A DNA stretch of 62,891 nt, the filler included, from Cercozoa sp. M6MM (lineage: Eukaryota > Protista > Endomyxa: Ascetosporea), in the NCBI GenBank assembly GCA_040357565.1. It is 11 parts of 11 records of this genome, joined end to end, with 100 filler letters (N's around TTAATTAATTAA, not from the genome) between each part and the next. Parts side by side here need not be neighbours in the genome. Positions count along the whole stretch, not along the records: positions 38,907 to 42,454 come from JBDODJ010001408.1; positions 42,555 to 56,206 come from JBDODJ010000351.1; positions 56,307 to 59,562 come from JBDODJ010001535.1; 8 more parts are not named here. One strand, given 5' to 3'. The notes under the pieces are model-generated. The model had not been told where the DNA came from. It worked only from the letters and a program-made list of their open reading frames with translations, and ran no database searches. Below, one piece after another: positions 38,928-57,338 of this stretch. Position 1 is the stretch's first letter; each line of letters begins with the position of its first letter. A program made the position numbers and the translations under genes.

Positions 38928-41900
38928 ACAGCGAGCGCCTGTCGCCGTCGCTCGCGCTTCAGTCGCTGCTTCCGCAGCTGTGACGCCAGCGGCCTATCCG
39001 AAGGGAGTAGGGGTAGGGATCAAGGGGGTAAAAGGCAAAGGGTGGGGTACAGTGCGGCCCGCGACGCCAGCAGCAGCGCGGCGTCATCGTCGCTGTCGCT
39101 CGAGCTGTCGTTGCTGTCACCGTCACCGTCGTTGTCACCGTCGTTGTCACCGTCGTTGTCACCGTCGCTGCTGTGATCGCTGCCACTGCTGTCGTCACCG
39201 TCGGTATCATCGAAACCGTCGCTGCCATCATCGCTATCGCTCGGATCCTCCGAGTCGCCGCTTGTTTCGGCTACACCGTCACTCAGGCACTCCTGATCCT
39301 GCCCAGTCCCCGTCAAAGAAATCAACCCGCATCCGTAACTGACTGAGCCTTGCAGTTTCGCCAAAACACCTCCAACTCGGCGTCAAAGACGCCCATCTCG
39401 CGCAATCGCTCATCTCGTCGTCGCTCACGCTCGCTGCGCACGCCCCCAAAAAACGGTAAAACCGCAGTAAAATCGCAACGAAAGTTTCGGAGTTTCGTTA
39501 AGGGAGCGGTATACCGAGCCCGGCGCACACGACGACGCAGCTTGCTGACCGCAGCGTTGGCCGCACGGATCTGGCGTCGCAGCTCGCGCTTAATGCGGCT
39601 ACACTCAATCTCTGTCAGGTGGGTTGTGAAAAATACAAAAGCGAACGCACGCATGCTCGAACGCGAATCGAGTTTGAGCGAGCTCGAGGCGTTTTTGGAG
39701 TGCTTGGGTTACAGCAGCGAGTAGTTGCGGCACTTTTTGCCATTTGGACCTGTTTTCAGAGCGGATATCGAATTCGGTCCAATCGAGTCAGACTGAGGCG
39801 AGTGAAAAACAGTGCACCCTTTGTACCGGTCGGTGGCGGCGAGTGCCGCAAACGAGAGCGCACGCAAGTAGGCAAGTCGAGCGTCGCGATCATCCCTGCG
39901 GAAGAGGGTTTAGTTGCGGGTGTTAATTTTGGTATCCTTTGAATACCGAGAGGCCGCCAGGAGTCGGTTTGCAATGCCAGTGGTCACCACGACACCGTCA
40001 TCCACTGGAAAGACAGTAATTAGATCAACTCTATAAGGAAAGCAGTGTGCATGTGCGATTACGCTCGCTCTCGTCGCCACTGTCGCCGTCCTCGCTGTAA
40101 TAGCTGCGGGGGTACAAGGGTGTAAGGGAGGGTTAAAAAGGGGGTATCATGGGGGAGTAAAGGGAGGTACGATGTGGCCACACGAAGCACGGCACAGCAA
40201 GCGCCGAACACGGCCTGCCACACGGCTGATCGGCGATTGAGATCGGTGGCACCACCGTCACTCGGACGGTGGAGTGACCACTCGATCGACTGCAGCGATC
40301 GCAGCTGCTGCACGCCGCGCTCGACGCCGCCGGCGCGAATCAGACTCTGTCCATTTCCGCGCACACATCGGACACGCTCAGCGGTACAAACAGACCGCGT
40401 TTCCAGATGGACCGTGTGTCCAAATGGACCATGTGTAACACAATACAAAAGTACCGCGCCAAAGTACGCCGTGATGGCCGTTTTGGCCGGTCGCAGCAGC
40501 GTGGCATCGTCCCTGTACATTGTGTGATGTTTAAGGAAGCGAGTACAACAGTTTCTAAGGAAGCGAGTACAACATGTGCGAGTACAACAGGGGAGATGTT
40601 AGAAACGCACATGTTAGAGCGAAACGAAGCGAGCTGCGACAACGCGCGACGGCAGAAGGAAACGCACCGTGCGTACCGTCCTACACAGATCCCACACCGT
40701 CACACTCGGAAGTCACTCAGAGTGGTCACTCAGAGTGATAACTCAGAGATCAATAAGAGATCATTCAGAAGCGTTAGTCATATTGATCTGCCCCACATGG
40801 CTGCTCGTACCGGCATTGAAGTACAGCTGCACCAGGAAGTGCGCCAGCTGCACGTGCAGCGGCGTCCACTGCGTGTGCTCTATTCCCACAGGCACGAGCC
40901 AAATAACAGCCTCACCCACACACTCACACGTGCCAAGTGAGCACCGTGCCTCTTGTCCTCAGTGAGAAAGTACCGTCGTGCTGCGAGAGGAAGAACTCCT
41001 CCAGCAGCTTGGTGGCACGTGTTGAGTTGCCTAGTCGCGTCATGACCGCCACCGCGCGCAACAGAACCGCCGCCGACTGCGACCGCCGCTGCTGCAAACC
41101 TGCGCGGCACAGGGGTTAAGTAGATCAAGGCGCGTAAAACAGCAAAGTCAAGGGGGGGGGGTAAGCCAACATACTCAGGTAGATCTCGAGCGCACGTGTG
41201 AGGTTCTTGGCACCGTCATTGTCGGTTTGATCGGAACGACCGATACTGTGACCATTCGAGTGACTACCAGAGTGATCACTTAGTGATCGCTGCTGACGGT
41301 TCCGACTGGCGATGTCACGTGCACATGCTCGCAACTCGGCCTCCAGGCCCAAACGCTCCAGGAGCAGCGCGCGCATCCAACTGAAACACCAACGATATAC
41401 AGGCTGCCTAAAGGAGTCCATCAGGACTACCCAATGGACACAGTTAAGGGTGCAAGGTACGCTGCGGACTGACAACGCGGCCGGAGTCGCTGCAGTCGCA
41501 TGGCGCACTCTGCCGCCGAACGCAACTCGCCTGGGGGACAGGAGGTAACACAGGTAACAGGGGGCGGTAGGGACAGGAGATAACACGCGGAAACAGGAGT
41601 AACAGAAAGTAGGGGCAACAGCATCTTAAAGAGTAAAGAGGGGAGAGGGTAAATGTGTACCCAGGTCGGCGTAGGAGCGCGCGAGTCGTCGCCAGAGTGC
41701 GGCGTTTCGCGAGTCGAGAATAGCCGCCAGCTGGTAGGCCGACAAGGCATCACGTTCTTGACCCTTCTCTGTGTCAGACAGAAAGGAGAAACGCACATAT
41801 CGGGTACATTACACAGTACAGAGTCCAATACAAGGTATGAGGAAGAAGGAGGCACCTTCAAGAATAACACCGAGAGTGTGGTAGGCTGCGATCGTCTTCG

Positions 41901-42410
41901 GGGCCACTCTGATCACCTGTAACACCCGAGAGGTAAGGTAGGGGGCAAAGAGGGAGTGTGAGTGTGGGGGGGGGTCACCTGCAGCAGCAACGGCACGGCT
42001 TCGTCGAATCGCGAGTGCAGGTAGTGCGACGTCGCCTCGCCCATGAGTCGCCGCACCTGCATCAAATTGTACACACACGTACAGATGTACCACTATCGCT
42101 ACAAGTGGATCCAGTCACTATCACCGCCCGTATGGACCGTTCCAGTCAGTGGTTCCAACCAGTCCGGAAGGAGGACAGTAGTGCGTACCTGCGGAGACAG
42201 TTTCTGCTCCTTCCTGCCGCCGCGGCGCGAGGCGTCGTCGTCCTCGGCGTCGGCGTCGTCGGCCGAGTCCGACTCGGAGTGATCGCCGTCGTCGGTGTGA
42301 TCACCGTCGCGATCATCCTCGTGATCACCGCCACCTGACTTGGTAGCGCCGAGTCGCTGCATCTGTAGCCACTCGCTCAGCGACTTGCCCGTCGTCCAGG
42401 GCAGCTCACT
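38928..42410 (-). CDS. GTF3C3: TFIIIC 102-kDa TPR subunit (Tfc4/GTF3C3), partial, spanning the whole contig
   Basis: Acidic N-terminal tract, then LSPQ|VRRLMGEATSHYLHSRFDEAVPLLLQ|VIRVAPKTIAAYHTLGVILE|...ALSAYQLAAILDSRNAALWRRLA, which matches the first Tfc4 TPRs. Assigning the 38.9-40.1 kb exons to this gene is inference. Confidence 0.8.
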
Positions 42411-42413
42411 CTG

Positions 42414-42454
<41 letters not shown>

Positions 42455-42554
42455 NNNNNNNNNNNNNNNNNNNNNNNNNNNNNNNNNNNNNNNNNNNNTT
42501 AATTAATTAANNNNNNNNNNNNNNNNNNNNNNNNNNNNNNNNNNNNNNNNNNNN

Positions 42555-42774
<220 letters not shown>

Positions 42775-42809
42775 TGTCCCTGCATGTTTACTGAACTTGT
42801 GTATTCGTG

Positions 42810-42944
42810 TCAAAAGCCGAAGACGACAGCACGCGGTACGTCGTGAACCACATGGCGATGCTGCGCGAGTTACGTTGCGACGCTGTCTGTGCGCACGTGT
42901 GCGAGCGGTACATTGGTTCTTCCTTAATTATTTCGCTTTTCACG

Positions 42945-42987
<43 letters not shown>

Positions 42988-43087
42988 NNNNNNNNNNNNN
43001 NNNNNNNNNNNNNNNNNNNNNNNNNNNNNNNNNNNNNNNNNNNNNNNNNNNNNNNNNNNNNNNNNNNNNNNNNNNNNNNNNNNNNNN

Positions 43088-43140
<53 letters not shown>

Positions 43141-43956
43141 CTTCAGTCCGAACCATGCGTTGTTAATCCGCCTACTGCTGGATGATGTGCCTTTGCAATG
43201 CATGCATCTTCCCAGGTACTGTTGTCTCTCGGGATTCCCATCCATGCGTGGTTTGACGCATTATTGACGTGACTGGGCAGGGACCTCGTGCCACGAGGTG
43301 TCGAAAATCAAACCTGCTGGGGTAGTGAGGTGCCGTATCGCAGCATTGAATACTTGCAGAAGAAGTACGATGTCTTTGGTTGAATTTAAATTTTCACACT
43401 CACTGTGTGGCACGATGCTTGTGTTGTAGGTATGCTATGCTCATGAAGGACAGCAACAAACCCAACGCGAAGATCACGCGCGATCAGATCACTGTACACA
43501 CGCAGATACCATCATGTGTGACATACCTATCTCACACACGTGTATCACACAGGAGTACCTGATGGAGTTGCTCGAAGACAACGTTCCAGCCGTTGCCATC
43601 GTACTTTTTCGCTTGTCGGCGTGTGTGTGTGTGTCCCTGTGTGTATCCTTGGTGTGGATTAGGCTGAAGACAGCTCGGGCCTGGCTCGTTGGCGTGTCGA
43701 TGCTGACGGTGTCGTGGCGCAGCTGAGAGTACGCTTGGATCTATCTGTACTTACGTGTACCTGTCTGATGTTTATGTGTGTCTGTGGTGCTGCTGCAGCT
43801 GATGCGGTGTCAGGAGGTCTACCGCCGCAAGTACGGCCGCGAGGGCGCGCGTCTCTTCCGCGTGCTGCTGGACAAGCGCATGCTCGAGCAGAAACAGCTG
43901 CAGCAGTGTGCCCTGGTGGCCCGGCAGACCACTCGCATGGTGTCACGCACCCGATC

Positions 43957-44011
<55 letters not shown>

Positions 44012-44660
44012 GTGTGTGCATCGGCAGCTGCTGTACCGCATGAAGAGCGACGGCATGGCACTGCTGCAGGAGCTGCCCAAGACGAGTGATCGCGACCCAA
44101 CGCGCACGCTGCACCTGTGGCGCGTGCCTCTCGACCAGATCGTAGAAGAGTACCGCACTGCCTCCACGTTCTCGATTTGCAGGCACACCTTGTGATTGTT
44201 GCTGTGTGTGTGTTTTTGCTTAGTATGCGCTTCCGTCTGTACGAGGCGTGGACGCACATGACCAACCGTCTAGCTCTCGTATGTTCTCACATGTGTCTGC
44301 CTGTTTAAATCGTCAGATACTGCTGCTCTTGTTGCTTCCTCACTGCTGCTCTTGCTGTTTCCTCCAGGAATACAAAGAAGCACGCGAGGTCATTGACCGT
44401 GCTCACCAGATCATGGTACTCGCAACTTTCTATCGTGTCTTTACGGTCACATGATATCGACAGGAACGCTTCCACGACGAGAGTGTACTGCATGACGAGA
44501 TGTCAAATGAGGACTTGGTACACTCGCAGTTTCCTTGACGTGAATGTGCGCGGAACTGTTTTTGCAGACGCGACTGCAAGCTTGGCGACGCGCACGCGAC
44601 CGACTCGAACTCGCCACAACTCGCCTGATGCACGACATTTTGCTGTTCCGCGACTTTTAA
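42810..44660 (+). CDS. POLR3C: RNA polymerase III subunit RPC3/RPC82, 5'-truncated
   Basis: RKYGREGARLFRVLLDKRMLEQKQL...|LLYRMKSDGMALLQELPKTSDRDPTRTLHLWRV and the C-terminus RLELATTRLMHDILLFRDF*. Confidence 0.88.
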
Positions 44661-45075
44661 ACGAACTAACACTCTACAGTACATTCGCACCGTTTTTAAG
44701 TGCGTTTGCCGAAGAAACACCTTAGTACAAATTGTACAAGTAGTTGATGCGCTGTTCGGGTGGACCGATCGGCGACGGTTAAGGGTGCAGTAAAATGTTG
44801 CTCAAGCGTTGTTTTGCCGCCTGGATGTGAGGTATCGACGCAAACATGGAGCAGAAGCACGCTATTGCGCTTCCTTTGTCCGGAGACCACCGGCGATCCA
44901 CACACAGGTTGGATTAAATTGTTTAATTTCTTCTTGGTGAAGGAAGCTCCGTCTATTGTTTCTGTCGTGTCTGCTGCAGGTCGGCATGGCGCCGAAAGAA
45001 GCGTGCTGCGCTTACCTTCGGTGAGGTACCGTGTGCACACTCTGGGTCTTTCTTGAAACTAATTTTGAATGCTGA

Positions 45076-46107
45076 ATGAAGTCGCTCAGCGTTGACGATC
45101 CGATCTTCAGACAACAAGAGTATGCCCTGTCTGTTCGTGTCACCCGATTTTCTGTGTTAAAGGAAATTTTGTGCAGCAAGCATGTGTTTTGTTTCACCTG
45201 GGGCGGCCGCCCTGTATATTCGCGGCTGGGCCAGCGGTAGCATTGCTCATAAGCACATGTATGTCTGTTTCTTGACTCGTGTGTCGCTGTATACGCAGCA
45301 TGCATATGCTGCCGTTCTTCGCGGCGATGTTGGCGCTCGTCTCGCTCATCCAAGCCAGCGGCAACACGCCGCGTGTGTACATTGCTTTTCTGTATGATTC
45401 GAATTCGTTGAAACCTTTGCATTCGCGGTACAGTGTGCGAACGGGCGACCGCATCTTCGTGTTTGAAACCTCTGAGCCGCTTCTCTTTGTTGCTGTTGGT
45501 ATGTCTCTTGCATCGCAAGGTGGTAACACAACGAATGCACTCATTGCATTAGGCAAGATCTCGTGCAACTCGGAGAACCAACTCCGTCAGGTAACTGCGA
45601 AAAGTGTTTGCGCGTTTGTCTGTTTTGTGTATCCTGACTTACGTGAAGGAGTTGCGAATGCTACGCTCGCAGTTATTGTCGGTTCTTACGCCGGCCATTC
45701 TGGAGGCGGTCGAGCATCGACCCACGCTCGATGTTTCTTCGCAGGTGCTCAATTATTATGTGCGTGAGTGTGTGGGTGACATGTATATCTGTATTGTTGT
45801 GTGGTACGGTACAGCTGCAAGGTACGGACATGTTGCTGCACGCATTGGTGGACAGCTTCGAGTACGATCACTCGTATGCCCTGCGTGCCATCGCGCCGCT
45901 GCGCTTCCCCGCCGACAAACGTGCCCAGCTCGCGCAGATAGTAGGCAGCCCGCACTTGTATGTACTTGGGCTTTTAAGACCACCATGACTGCTGTACAGG
46001 TGAAAGACGCAAGACAAAAGGTGCTCAAGAAGGAAACGGAGCTGCGTCGCAGTATCGCTTGTGCTGTACCATCTGCTTTACACCTCCCGTGTGTTTGCAT
46101 ATACATA

Positions 46108-46159
<52 letters not shown>

Positions 46160-46365
46160 CAGGTGGTGGTGGCAGGCGACCGAGTCGTCATTCTGGCTCA
46201 GTCAAAGCGCGCTTCCCTATGCACTGGTACAACCTCCATCCCTGAAATTTGACTTAAGCTGTCCTGACTAACTGGCACGCAGGCGACTTGCTTCTTCTGC
46301 TGCATTTTGTGCGACACATGTACTCGCTCCGAGGTGCCTGATTCTTCCACTGTGTTTGTGTGTGT

Positions 46366-46420
<55 letters not shown>

Positions 46421-47708
46421 TGTTTGTGTTTGTGTATGTGGTGGGGAACCCAGGCGACCGTGACCGCGAGAATTGGTCCCCTGTCTGCCTACCGCAACTA
46501 GCCGATGTTCCTGTGCACGTGCACACGCGCTTCGTGCGTCCCGATATTGCCGTGGCGCTGGTCTCGCTTGATGCCACGCTGGTCACCTGCTTACTTTTTT
46601 AGTAGTGTGTTGTGCATGCATATTTTTGTATGTGCGTCGCTCTTGTAGTTTCAAGCAGCCTCGCGAGTGTCGGAGTACATCGCGGCCACCGCACAGGAAT
46701 CAGGTACCTGATCTATTAAGAAAGCCAGTTTCTAGGTGTACGAAATTTTAGGCTTGTGGGACGATGTTGAAACTGCGCTAAACCAGGGCGATTGCGACAT
46801 TGGGTGAGCGTGTTTGACTGAACTACTTCATCTACCATTAGACTGACATGTCTGCTTGTGTGCATGGTAGCGTGGATCAATTCAACCAAGCCTTGTCATC
46901 GTTGCGGCACCTTTGCGTTCACTCCACGGTGCGTGTGTTCTTCTTCGACGTTCTTCGCCATCATCGACAATGTTCATGTTGTGTCTGCAGAACAGGCAGC
47001 AGTGGTTTCAGACGACACCTGCACTGCCTTATGTCGTTCGCAATCACGCTGACTGTATGCAAATGGGCATGTATTGGTCTTGTGAACTTAACCAAAAATG
47101 TGTGCAGTGCCTATGCAACGCCCGCAAGGCACGGATCTCTTCCGCCTAGTGCGCTCGATGTTTGCGCGACTCGAGTCGCTTGACACGGAGCATGACACGC
47201 CATTGGCCGAGATGTCCGATGCCGTGGAGGACGACAGCGGCTTGCGACTCGTTGTTGCCGTGCATGAAAAAGAGGCACCTGTCCATACAGGCAAATGTGC
47301 TCAATCCTATTTATCGCGTGTGTTTGTGTACGCGTGCAGGTGTGTGTGGCGTGGCGAACAAAACAACTCCGTGCGGTTGCTGGTACTAAACAACGTCACC
47401 AAAGGATTTCTGCTGGCGCGTTCATACGTGTACGCCTGTGCCCAGTGTTGGCTCCGTTGGTCTCCCCCCATTCGGTGGCGACGACGCTACCTGAGGTGCG
47501 ACTTCTATTTCAGTCGCCTTTTTTTCTGATGTGTGACTTTGCGCATGAGAAGTTGCTCAAAGAACGACTCAGCACGCTCGAGAAATTCGTTTTTGCGGAT
47601 TCTTTGCAGTTCTAACTGCAATGGCCGGCACTGCTGTCAGCGTTGAATGCGCGGCGCGGTGATCGAAAGAATGCGCTGGCGCATCGACGCGAGTGGAAGT
47701 TTACGTAG
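45076..47708 (+). CDS. MON1: Vacuolar fusion protein MON1/SAND (Rab7 GEF subunit)
   Basis: KHVFCFTWGGRPVYSR, IFVFETSEPLLFVAV, SENQLRQELRMLRSQLLSVLT, LQGTD, DLLLLLHFV and ENWSPVCLP. The 3' end is approximate. Confidence 0.85.
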
Positions 47709-47914
47709 TACTGTACCTGTACCAGTAACTGCAAATAAACTCACTGGACGCGAGTTACGTTAGGCGAGATTTCGGCCATCAATTGGCCGATTTTTTAATC
47801 AATTGACCGGACCGTCAGCTGACGCTCGATTGCATTGACCGATTTTAACCAAATGGTAGTCAATTGACAAAACGCTTTACGAGCAAGGTGTAAAAAAATA
47901 CAACACCGAACCAC

Positions 47915-49461
47915 ATATCTCAATCCCTCCTGCGGCAACTCGGGTTGAACGATGCACCGCGCTTCAGTTCGCTAAGTTCGCTTTTCGTTTTCAACCGTAA
48001 ACGTGGCGTGGTCGCAAGACAATATATCTCGCCGTGCAACTGCGAAGCCCTGGCATGCACGGTGTGCGTACCTGCATCAAACGACGGCAGGTCAGTGTCT
48101 TCAAACGTGAAGAAAGGAAATCGCTAATTTACTGCATCAGCGCCCCAATGACGTCATCTCCTAAGACCGCACGACGTTGCGCGAGTTGACTAGATATGAG
48201 CGACAAACTTACGTCGATCGGACATGCGGGTTCGACATTGTCGTCAACGATGCTGTTCGCGTTCGCGTGCAGAAAAGAGGTGACCGAGGCAAAGTTGCGC
48301 TCGATCAGTCGTTCTTCAAGTGTGATAAAGACCTCGTCGTTTAGCGCATGATCCAGCAACTTCAGAAGACACAGCTAAGTTTACAAAGTCACTTAAAAAT
48401 CATCCATTTATAAATTTACATCACAAGAAACATAAGTTGAAATTTACATCAACTAACAAGACGCTTTCACTGGCAACGATGTCTCGCATCTCAGCTTCCT
48501 TTTCATTTTCCCCCAGTTTGTTGATGATGTGAGCACCAGCAGCGAGGACATAAACAGGAGCTGCTGGCACTAAGCAACGAAGCACAGCAATCCACTCTGT
48601 CAGATGCGAAGTGGCAGCCACTTCTGTTGATTCTGCTATTGTTGCAATTGCAGTGCTTAAGATTGATTCAAAGTCGCTGATATCCGGAAGATGTAGGAAA
48701 CGAGAAACGAGCCATGCGCCCAACGCTTCTCCGTCAAAAGCGCCACCTGTTGTCACGGCGCCACGCCGTAGCTTGTCAAGGTTTCTCGCGATTCCGCGAG
48801 CGACAAGATTCCAGGCGGAACCATTCGTGGGTGTGTGGCGTTGCACCTCAAAAATACGACTGAAGTTCGAGCAGCGGTGAGAGGTGATTTCCTTTCTTTT
48901 TGTGACGACCTCGGCGAGCTTGGGCGGAAAAGGCTCTGGCCGACTACTTTTCTGGTTTGTTGATACCAAGTCTTTTTGAAGGGAAGCTGAAGCGGCTTTA
49001 CGTCCTTGCGAATGCTTTCGGTCATGTGACGCCGAGAGTTCATGTGACACAGCTGGTGTGAGGCTGCCAGATTTGAAAGACGCTACAACTGCCTCTAAAA
49101 CATGACTTTCTCTTGACTCCAAAGTCGACTGCCCGTGACTCACTGAGTAAGGAAAGAACCTTTTTGATGTTGCTTTGCTGTTCTGCTTCGGCCGTTTTAT
49201 GACCTGGCTTTCAATTGGCTGGCCATAAAAGTCGTCAATTTCTTCTTCAAGCTCCGTCTCAGTCCCTCCGTCTACAGCTGAGTCTTCATCAGACCCTATT
49301 TCGTCACGCTCCTTTGCAAGTGCTATCTCCCTTTCTGTCAACAAAAGAGGAAGTCTGCCGTCATCCACCGGTAAACTGCCGATGCCACCGTCTTTCTCTC
49401 GCGATCTTTTTGCTGTCGCCTCTGGACTCCTGAACTTCAGCTTTTCCTGTCGTTCTCCATG
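47915..49461 (-). CDS. Hypothetical protein (disordered N-terminus, helical C-terminus)
   Basis: A 315-aa ORF (48421-49368) plus spliceable downstream exons. Confidence 0.55.
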
Positions 49462-49916
49462 AGTGCTGGAGCTAGAACTGTTTCGATTAAGCTCTCCTTG
49501 ATTCTGCGGAGATAGGACCTTGCACGTGTCGTCTAAGAGCTGTGGGACTGAGGCGCCGACCGTCTAATTTATGCCCAGTACCCGGCAGAAGACGGAGGAG
49601 AAATACTAATTTAACTCGATCGGGTTTTAAATTTATTTACCTCACACAACGCGAGAGAGAGCAGGAGCTCGGCAAGGCGGTTAACATGAGTCAGCTTTGT
49701 CCAGTCAAAAGACATCGACTGCAAGCCTAGGTCTGTCACGCACCCGGAGCAGCTGGCACAGAGGTTTTTCGGCCAGCCTTGTTTCCCGGGGGAGGTCAGT
49801 TGAAACGACCGTGCAAAAAATCGAAGAAAAATGAAACTAAAAAATTACTAATCGTGCCGCCGTGCAGTCATTTATTCGATTTAGAGCGCCATAGCTGACG
49901 CCATTTGAATTTATCG

Positions 49917-53496
<3,580 letters not shown>

Positions 53497-53959
53497 GAAA
53501 ACTGGAAACCTAGTTTCGTTTTATGGATTTATTCGCTTGGCACAGCAAAGCCCGAAGTCGTCGAAACAGTGCTTGATCGGGATTACACCCACTCATGACC
53601 GAAACACACCTTTACGCGCCGATACATCGTCACTCTCTAAATTTACTTCCCGCAGCACCCTCGTTTCATGTTAAAAAACGCGCTGAGCCCATTGTCGGTT
53701 CTGAGTCAATCGGTAATCTGGAGCCGATGGGTGATTCGACTAATACACACCATTGAGCGGCTGTGGGTCGTACAAGTGAGCTGGAGCACAGTCTGAGCGC
53801 TCGCGAGCGTCGGAGGTGATTTCGTTTCGTCCGGTCTTGGACGATTCGTGTGTGCTGAAATTTCGTCCCGAGTCTTGACTCGAGCAGCCCGTGTGGACCT
53901 GCGCTCTCTCGACAGGCCGGTGAAGGTAAACACGGTGGTGAAACGCAAACTATCGACTA

Positions 53960-54855
53960 ATGTCGGACGACAAGAAGAAGAAGAAGAAGAAGGGCCCGAC
54001 GTCGCCGGATGGGCGCTTCGTGCGACGCGAGAAGATCGGTGCAGGCGCCTACAAGGTTGTGTACCGTGCCTTTGACACCGAGACGGGTCGTGAGGTGGCG
54101 TGGAACGTTGTCTCAATGGCACGACTGCCGTCGCGTGACCACGATCGAATCATGGGCGAGACCAAGTTGCTCAAGTCACTGAGGGTAAGTGTATTGTCTG
54201 TGTCTATGTTGTTTGTGCATGTGTGTGTGTGTGTGTGTGTGTGCATGTGTGTGTGTGTGTGCATGTGTGTGTGCGTGTGTGTGTGTCGCTGCAGCACGAG
54301 CACATCATCCGTTTCTACGAGTCGTGGATCAACGAGGAGAAGGAGCAGTTGATTTTCACGACAGAATTCGTCACGAGCGGCACACTCAAGTCCTACCTCG
54401 ACGAGGTGAGGGACGTCAAGCTCCGCGTAGTGAAGCGCTGGTGCCGCCAGGTGCTGGAGGTTCTCGTGTACCTGCACGGACACAATCCTCCCATCATTCA
54501 CCGCGACCTCAAGTGCGACAATATCTTCATCAACGGCAGCACGGGCGACGTGCGTGTCGGTGACCTCGGACTGTCGACACGAGCTGCCGGCACACTCAGT
54601 GTTGTTGGCACACCCGAGGTATCAGCCCCATGTCTATGTGTGTCTCTGTGTCTGTGTTTGTGTCTGTGTCTGTGTCTGTGTCTGTGTTTGCGTGTACTTA
54701 CACTCGTTGTGCATGCTGACACAGTTCATCGCCCCCGAATTGTACGGCGAAAAGTACACGGAAAAGGTCGACATTTACGCCTTTGGCATGTGCGTGCTCG
54801 AGATGGTGACGCACAGCTACCCGTACGAGGAGTGCGAAAACCCTGCACAGGTACT

Positions 54856-54930
<75 letters not shown>

Positions 54931-56152
54931 CCTGTGGGGAGTAGATTTCCCTGTTATGTGCCCCCCCCCCCCAGGTGTACCGCAAGGTGATGAACAAGGA
55001 AAAACCCGCGGCACTGAAGACCGTGCTGGATCCAGAAGTGCGTCAGTTTATTGAGATATGCATCGCCGACGTCGACATGCGACTCTCGGCGCAGGAGCTT
55101 CTTGAACACCCGTTTCTGACCGTACCTGCTTCCCTGTGCTGGCTGCTCTGGCGTCAAAACAGTATATGTGCAATGAATGTGCTCAGTGTCCCAGTGCGCG
55201 AGATCACTTGCCAGTCAACGTGCTGCGTGATGACGAAGAGGAAGAGCACACCGATGAGGTACAGGTGTCTTCGTGTACAGTGTAAATTGGTATACGCACT
55301 CACTTTCTTGACCTCCAGGACAACAGCAGTGCCGATGAGTTGCCAGCAGGCACGCGTGCCATGCGCAAGAAGGCCGAGCAGCAGCAGCAACTCCAACAGC
55401 AGCCGCAGCAACTCCACCAGCCGCAGCAACTCCACCAGCCGCAAGAGTCGCACAGTGAGCACTCGCGCGGACAGCACGTGCTTCTGGCACTAAACGATGA
55501 CGTCGATGTGCACGATATGCATGCGCACACCCGACGGTCCCTTCCACCCGTACCCTCCTGTGTATGAGAGAGTGCGTGATGTTTCAGTAGACACCGAGCA
55601 CAACCAGTGTCGCCGGTGGGTCACGAGCGAGACGATTCAAGCATCGATCTCGACGTCAGCGTCGACTCAGAGCACGAGGATGATTTGCTGTTGGAGGAGT
55701 CGCCTCTGCGCACGCCGGTGCACACGCCGACCCGCACACCCATCCAGTCGCCGTCGCCGACTGACGCCTCGTCGCATGCCTCGTCTCCTGCGCACGCCAC
55801 GGAGCAGCAGTCAGCGCCCGCTCAATCGCACCGCGAAGAGTCGGAAGAGGAGGAGGAATTGGAACCGCCTGCAGGTGTCGAGTCAGTATACCCGGTGGCA
55901 ACACGTGTTGATAGTGGATTCAGTGCTGCTGTACCCTTCTTTCTCTGTTCCTCCCCAATGAGTTTTTGATGCGCAAACATCCCACCGCGGTAGGGACAAG
56001 TGGTGGAATTCACGTCGGCCTGCGACGTGCGGATAGCGATCCGATTGAACCTGTCGGAGGGACCCAAGACACTGCGCTTCATGTTCAGTTTCATCGATGA
56101 TACGGCGTCGATCGTGGCGGCCGAGCTGTGCCAGACCTTTGAGCTGTCGGAG
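53960..56152 (+). CDS. WNK: WNK-family kinase with a poly-Q/acidic linker and a CCT/PF2-like domain, 3'-truncated
   Basis: [20 protein letters not shown] (Lys in the Gly loop), [41 protein letters not shown]|FIAPE, and later [19 protein letters not shown]. Confidence 0.93.
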
Positions 56153-56324
56153 GTGTGCGTCGAAGTTGTGGTAGCTCCCTTGCCTCGTGTCAGTGCTATG
56201 TACTCANNNNNNNNNNNNNNNNNNNNNNNNNNNNNNNNNNNNNNNNNNNNTTAATTAATTAANNNNNNNNNNNNNNNNNNNNNNNNNNNNNNNNNNNNNN
56301 NNNNNNCCCCCCCCTTTACACCAC

Positions 56325-57156
56325 CCAGGAAGACAGCGCACGATGAGATCGATTTGTCCGGCGTATTCTTTGGCCAACTCGGTCAGTGCAACGCACCTAC
56401 ATAGGGTAAGATGGGGGGTAAGATGGGGGGTAAGATGGGGGGTAAAATGGGGGGTAAGATGGGGGGTAAGATGAAGGGTAAGCCTACGCGTGAGTGCATT
56501 CGACAGTCTGCGGCAGCACCTCGGGAAACTCGGCGCCGCCCAGTCCATTCGGTCCGTGGCCTTCCCTAAGGAGAGGTAAATAGGGGAATAGGGGGGGGGG
56601 GGGGGGAGATTTCTAGTAGATGTACCAAGGTGTGGGATTGCTCTCGATGAGACCACGTGCAGCACCGGCATAAATCGGAATCTTCTCGCCTGTTCACATT
56701 GGCAATANNNNNNNNNNNNNNNNNNNNNNNNNNNNNNNNNNNNNNNNNNNNNNNNNNNNNNNNNNNNNNNNNNNNNNNNNNNNNNNNNNNNNNNNNNNNN
56801 NNNNNNNGTATACTCACCAGCCTCCCTACCAGTGTTAAACTTGGCCAGCAGGAGGCCCAAGTTGCGTCGCACGTTGTCGAGTGTGGCGTTGCCGAAGACC
56901 GCCGTGAGCGCCACTGAATCAATCGTATTAATTCCCCCCCCCCCCCCTGAATTGTATGCTACGAATGCGAACCGACGGGTCACGCAGTAAGGCGAGGATC
57001 GCAATGCTGCCGACTCATATAAACCTATCAGTCCATAGCATCTCATGCACAACATGCACAGCACACCAGTCGTCGATGCCGCCGTCGCTGTCGACGACAA
57101 CTAGTCGCTGAGCCGAGTCTGCAAAACAACAGGCTCGCTTCACCTGGTCCGGCCAT
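56325..57156 (-). CDS. Inosine-uridine preferring nucleoside hydrolase, 5' part
   Basis: VVVDSDGGIDD|CIAILALL, ALTAVFGN, IPIYAGA and HGPNGLG motifs. Confidence 0.9.
56402..56482 (+). repeat. Intronic 12-bp minisatellite (TAAGATGGGGGG), about 6 copies
   Basis: Read directly. Confidence 0.9.
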
Positions 57157-57338
57157 GATCGATTTTTGCAAAGCTACCACCCATTCTTTCTTGTTTCTCC
57201 AATTTATTGCTATTACAATACACACGCTTCTGCACTGTTTCATGCTCTATTTTCCTCCGTGGCCAAAGAAGCGCCGGATGACCTTTTGGAAAATAAAGAA
57301 TTTAAATCACGCTGTGCTGCACAACCTGGCACTGCACG

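Noticed and set aside
40532-40780. CRISPR-like repeat-spacer array
   Set aside because: The units are short and degenerate, with no unique spacers of constant length and no cas genes, and the context is a eukaryotic intron.
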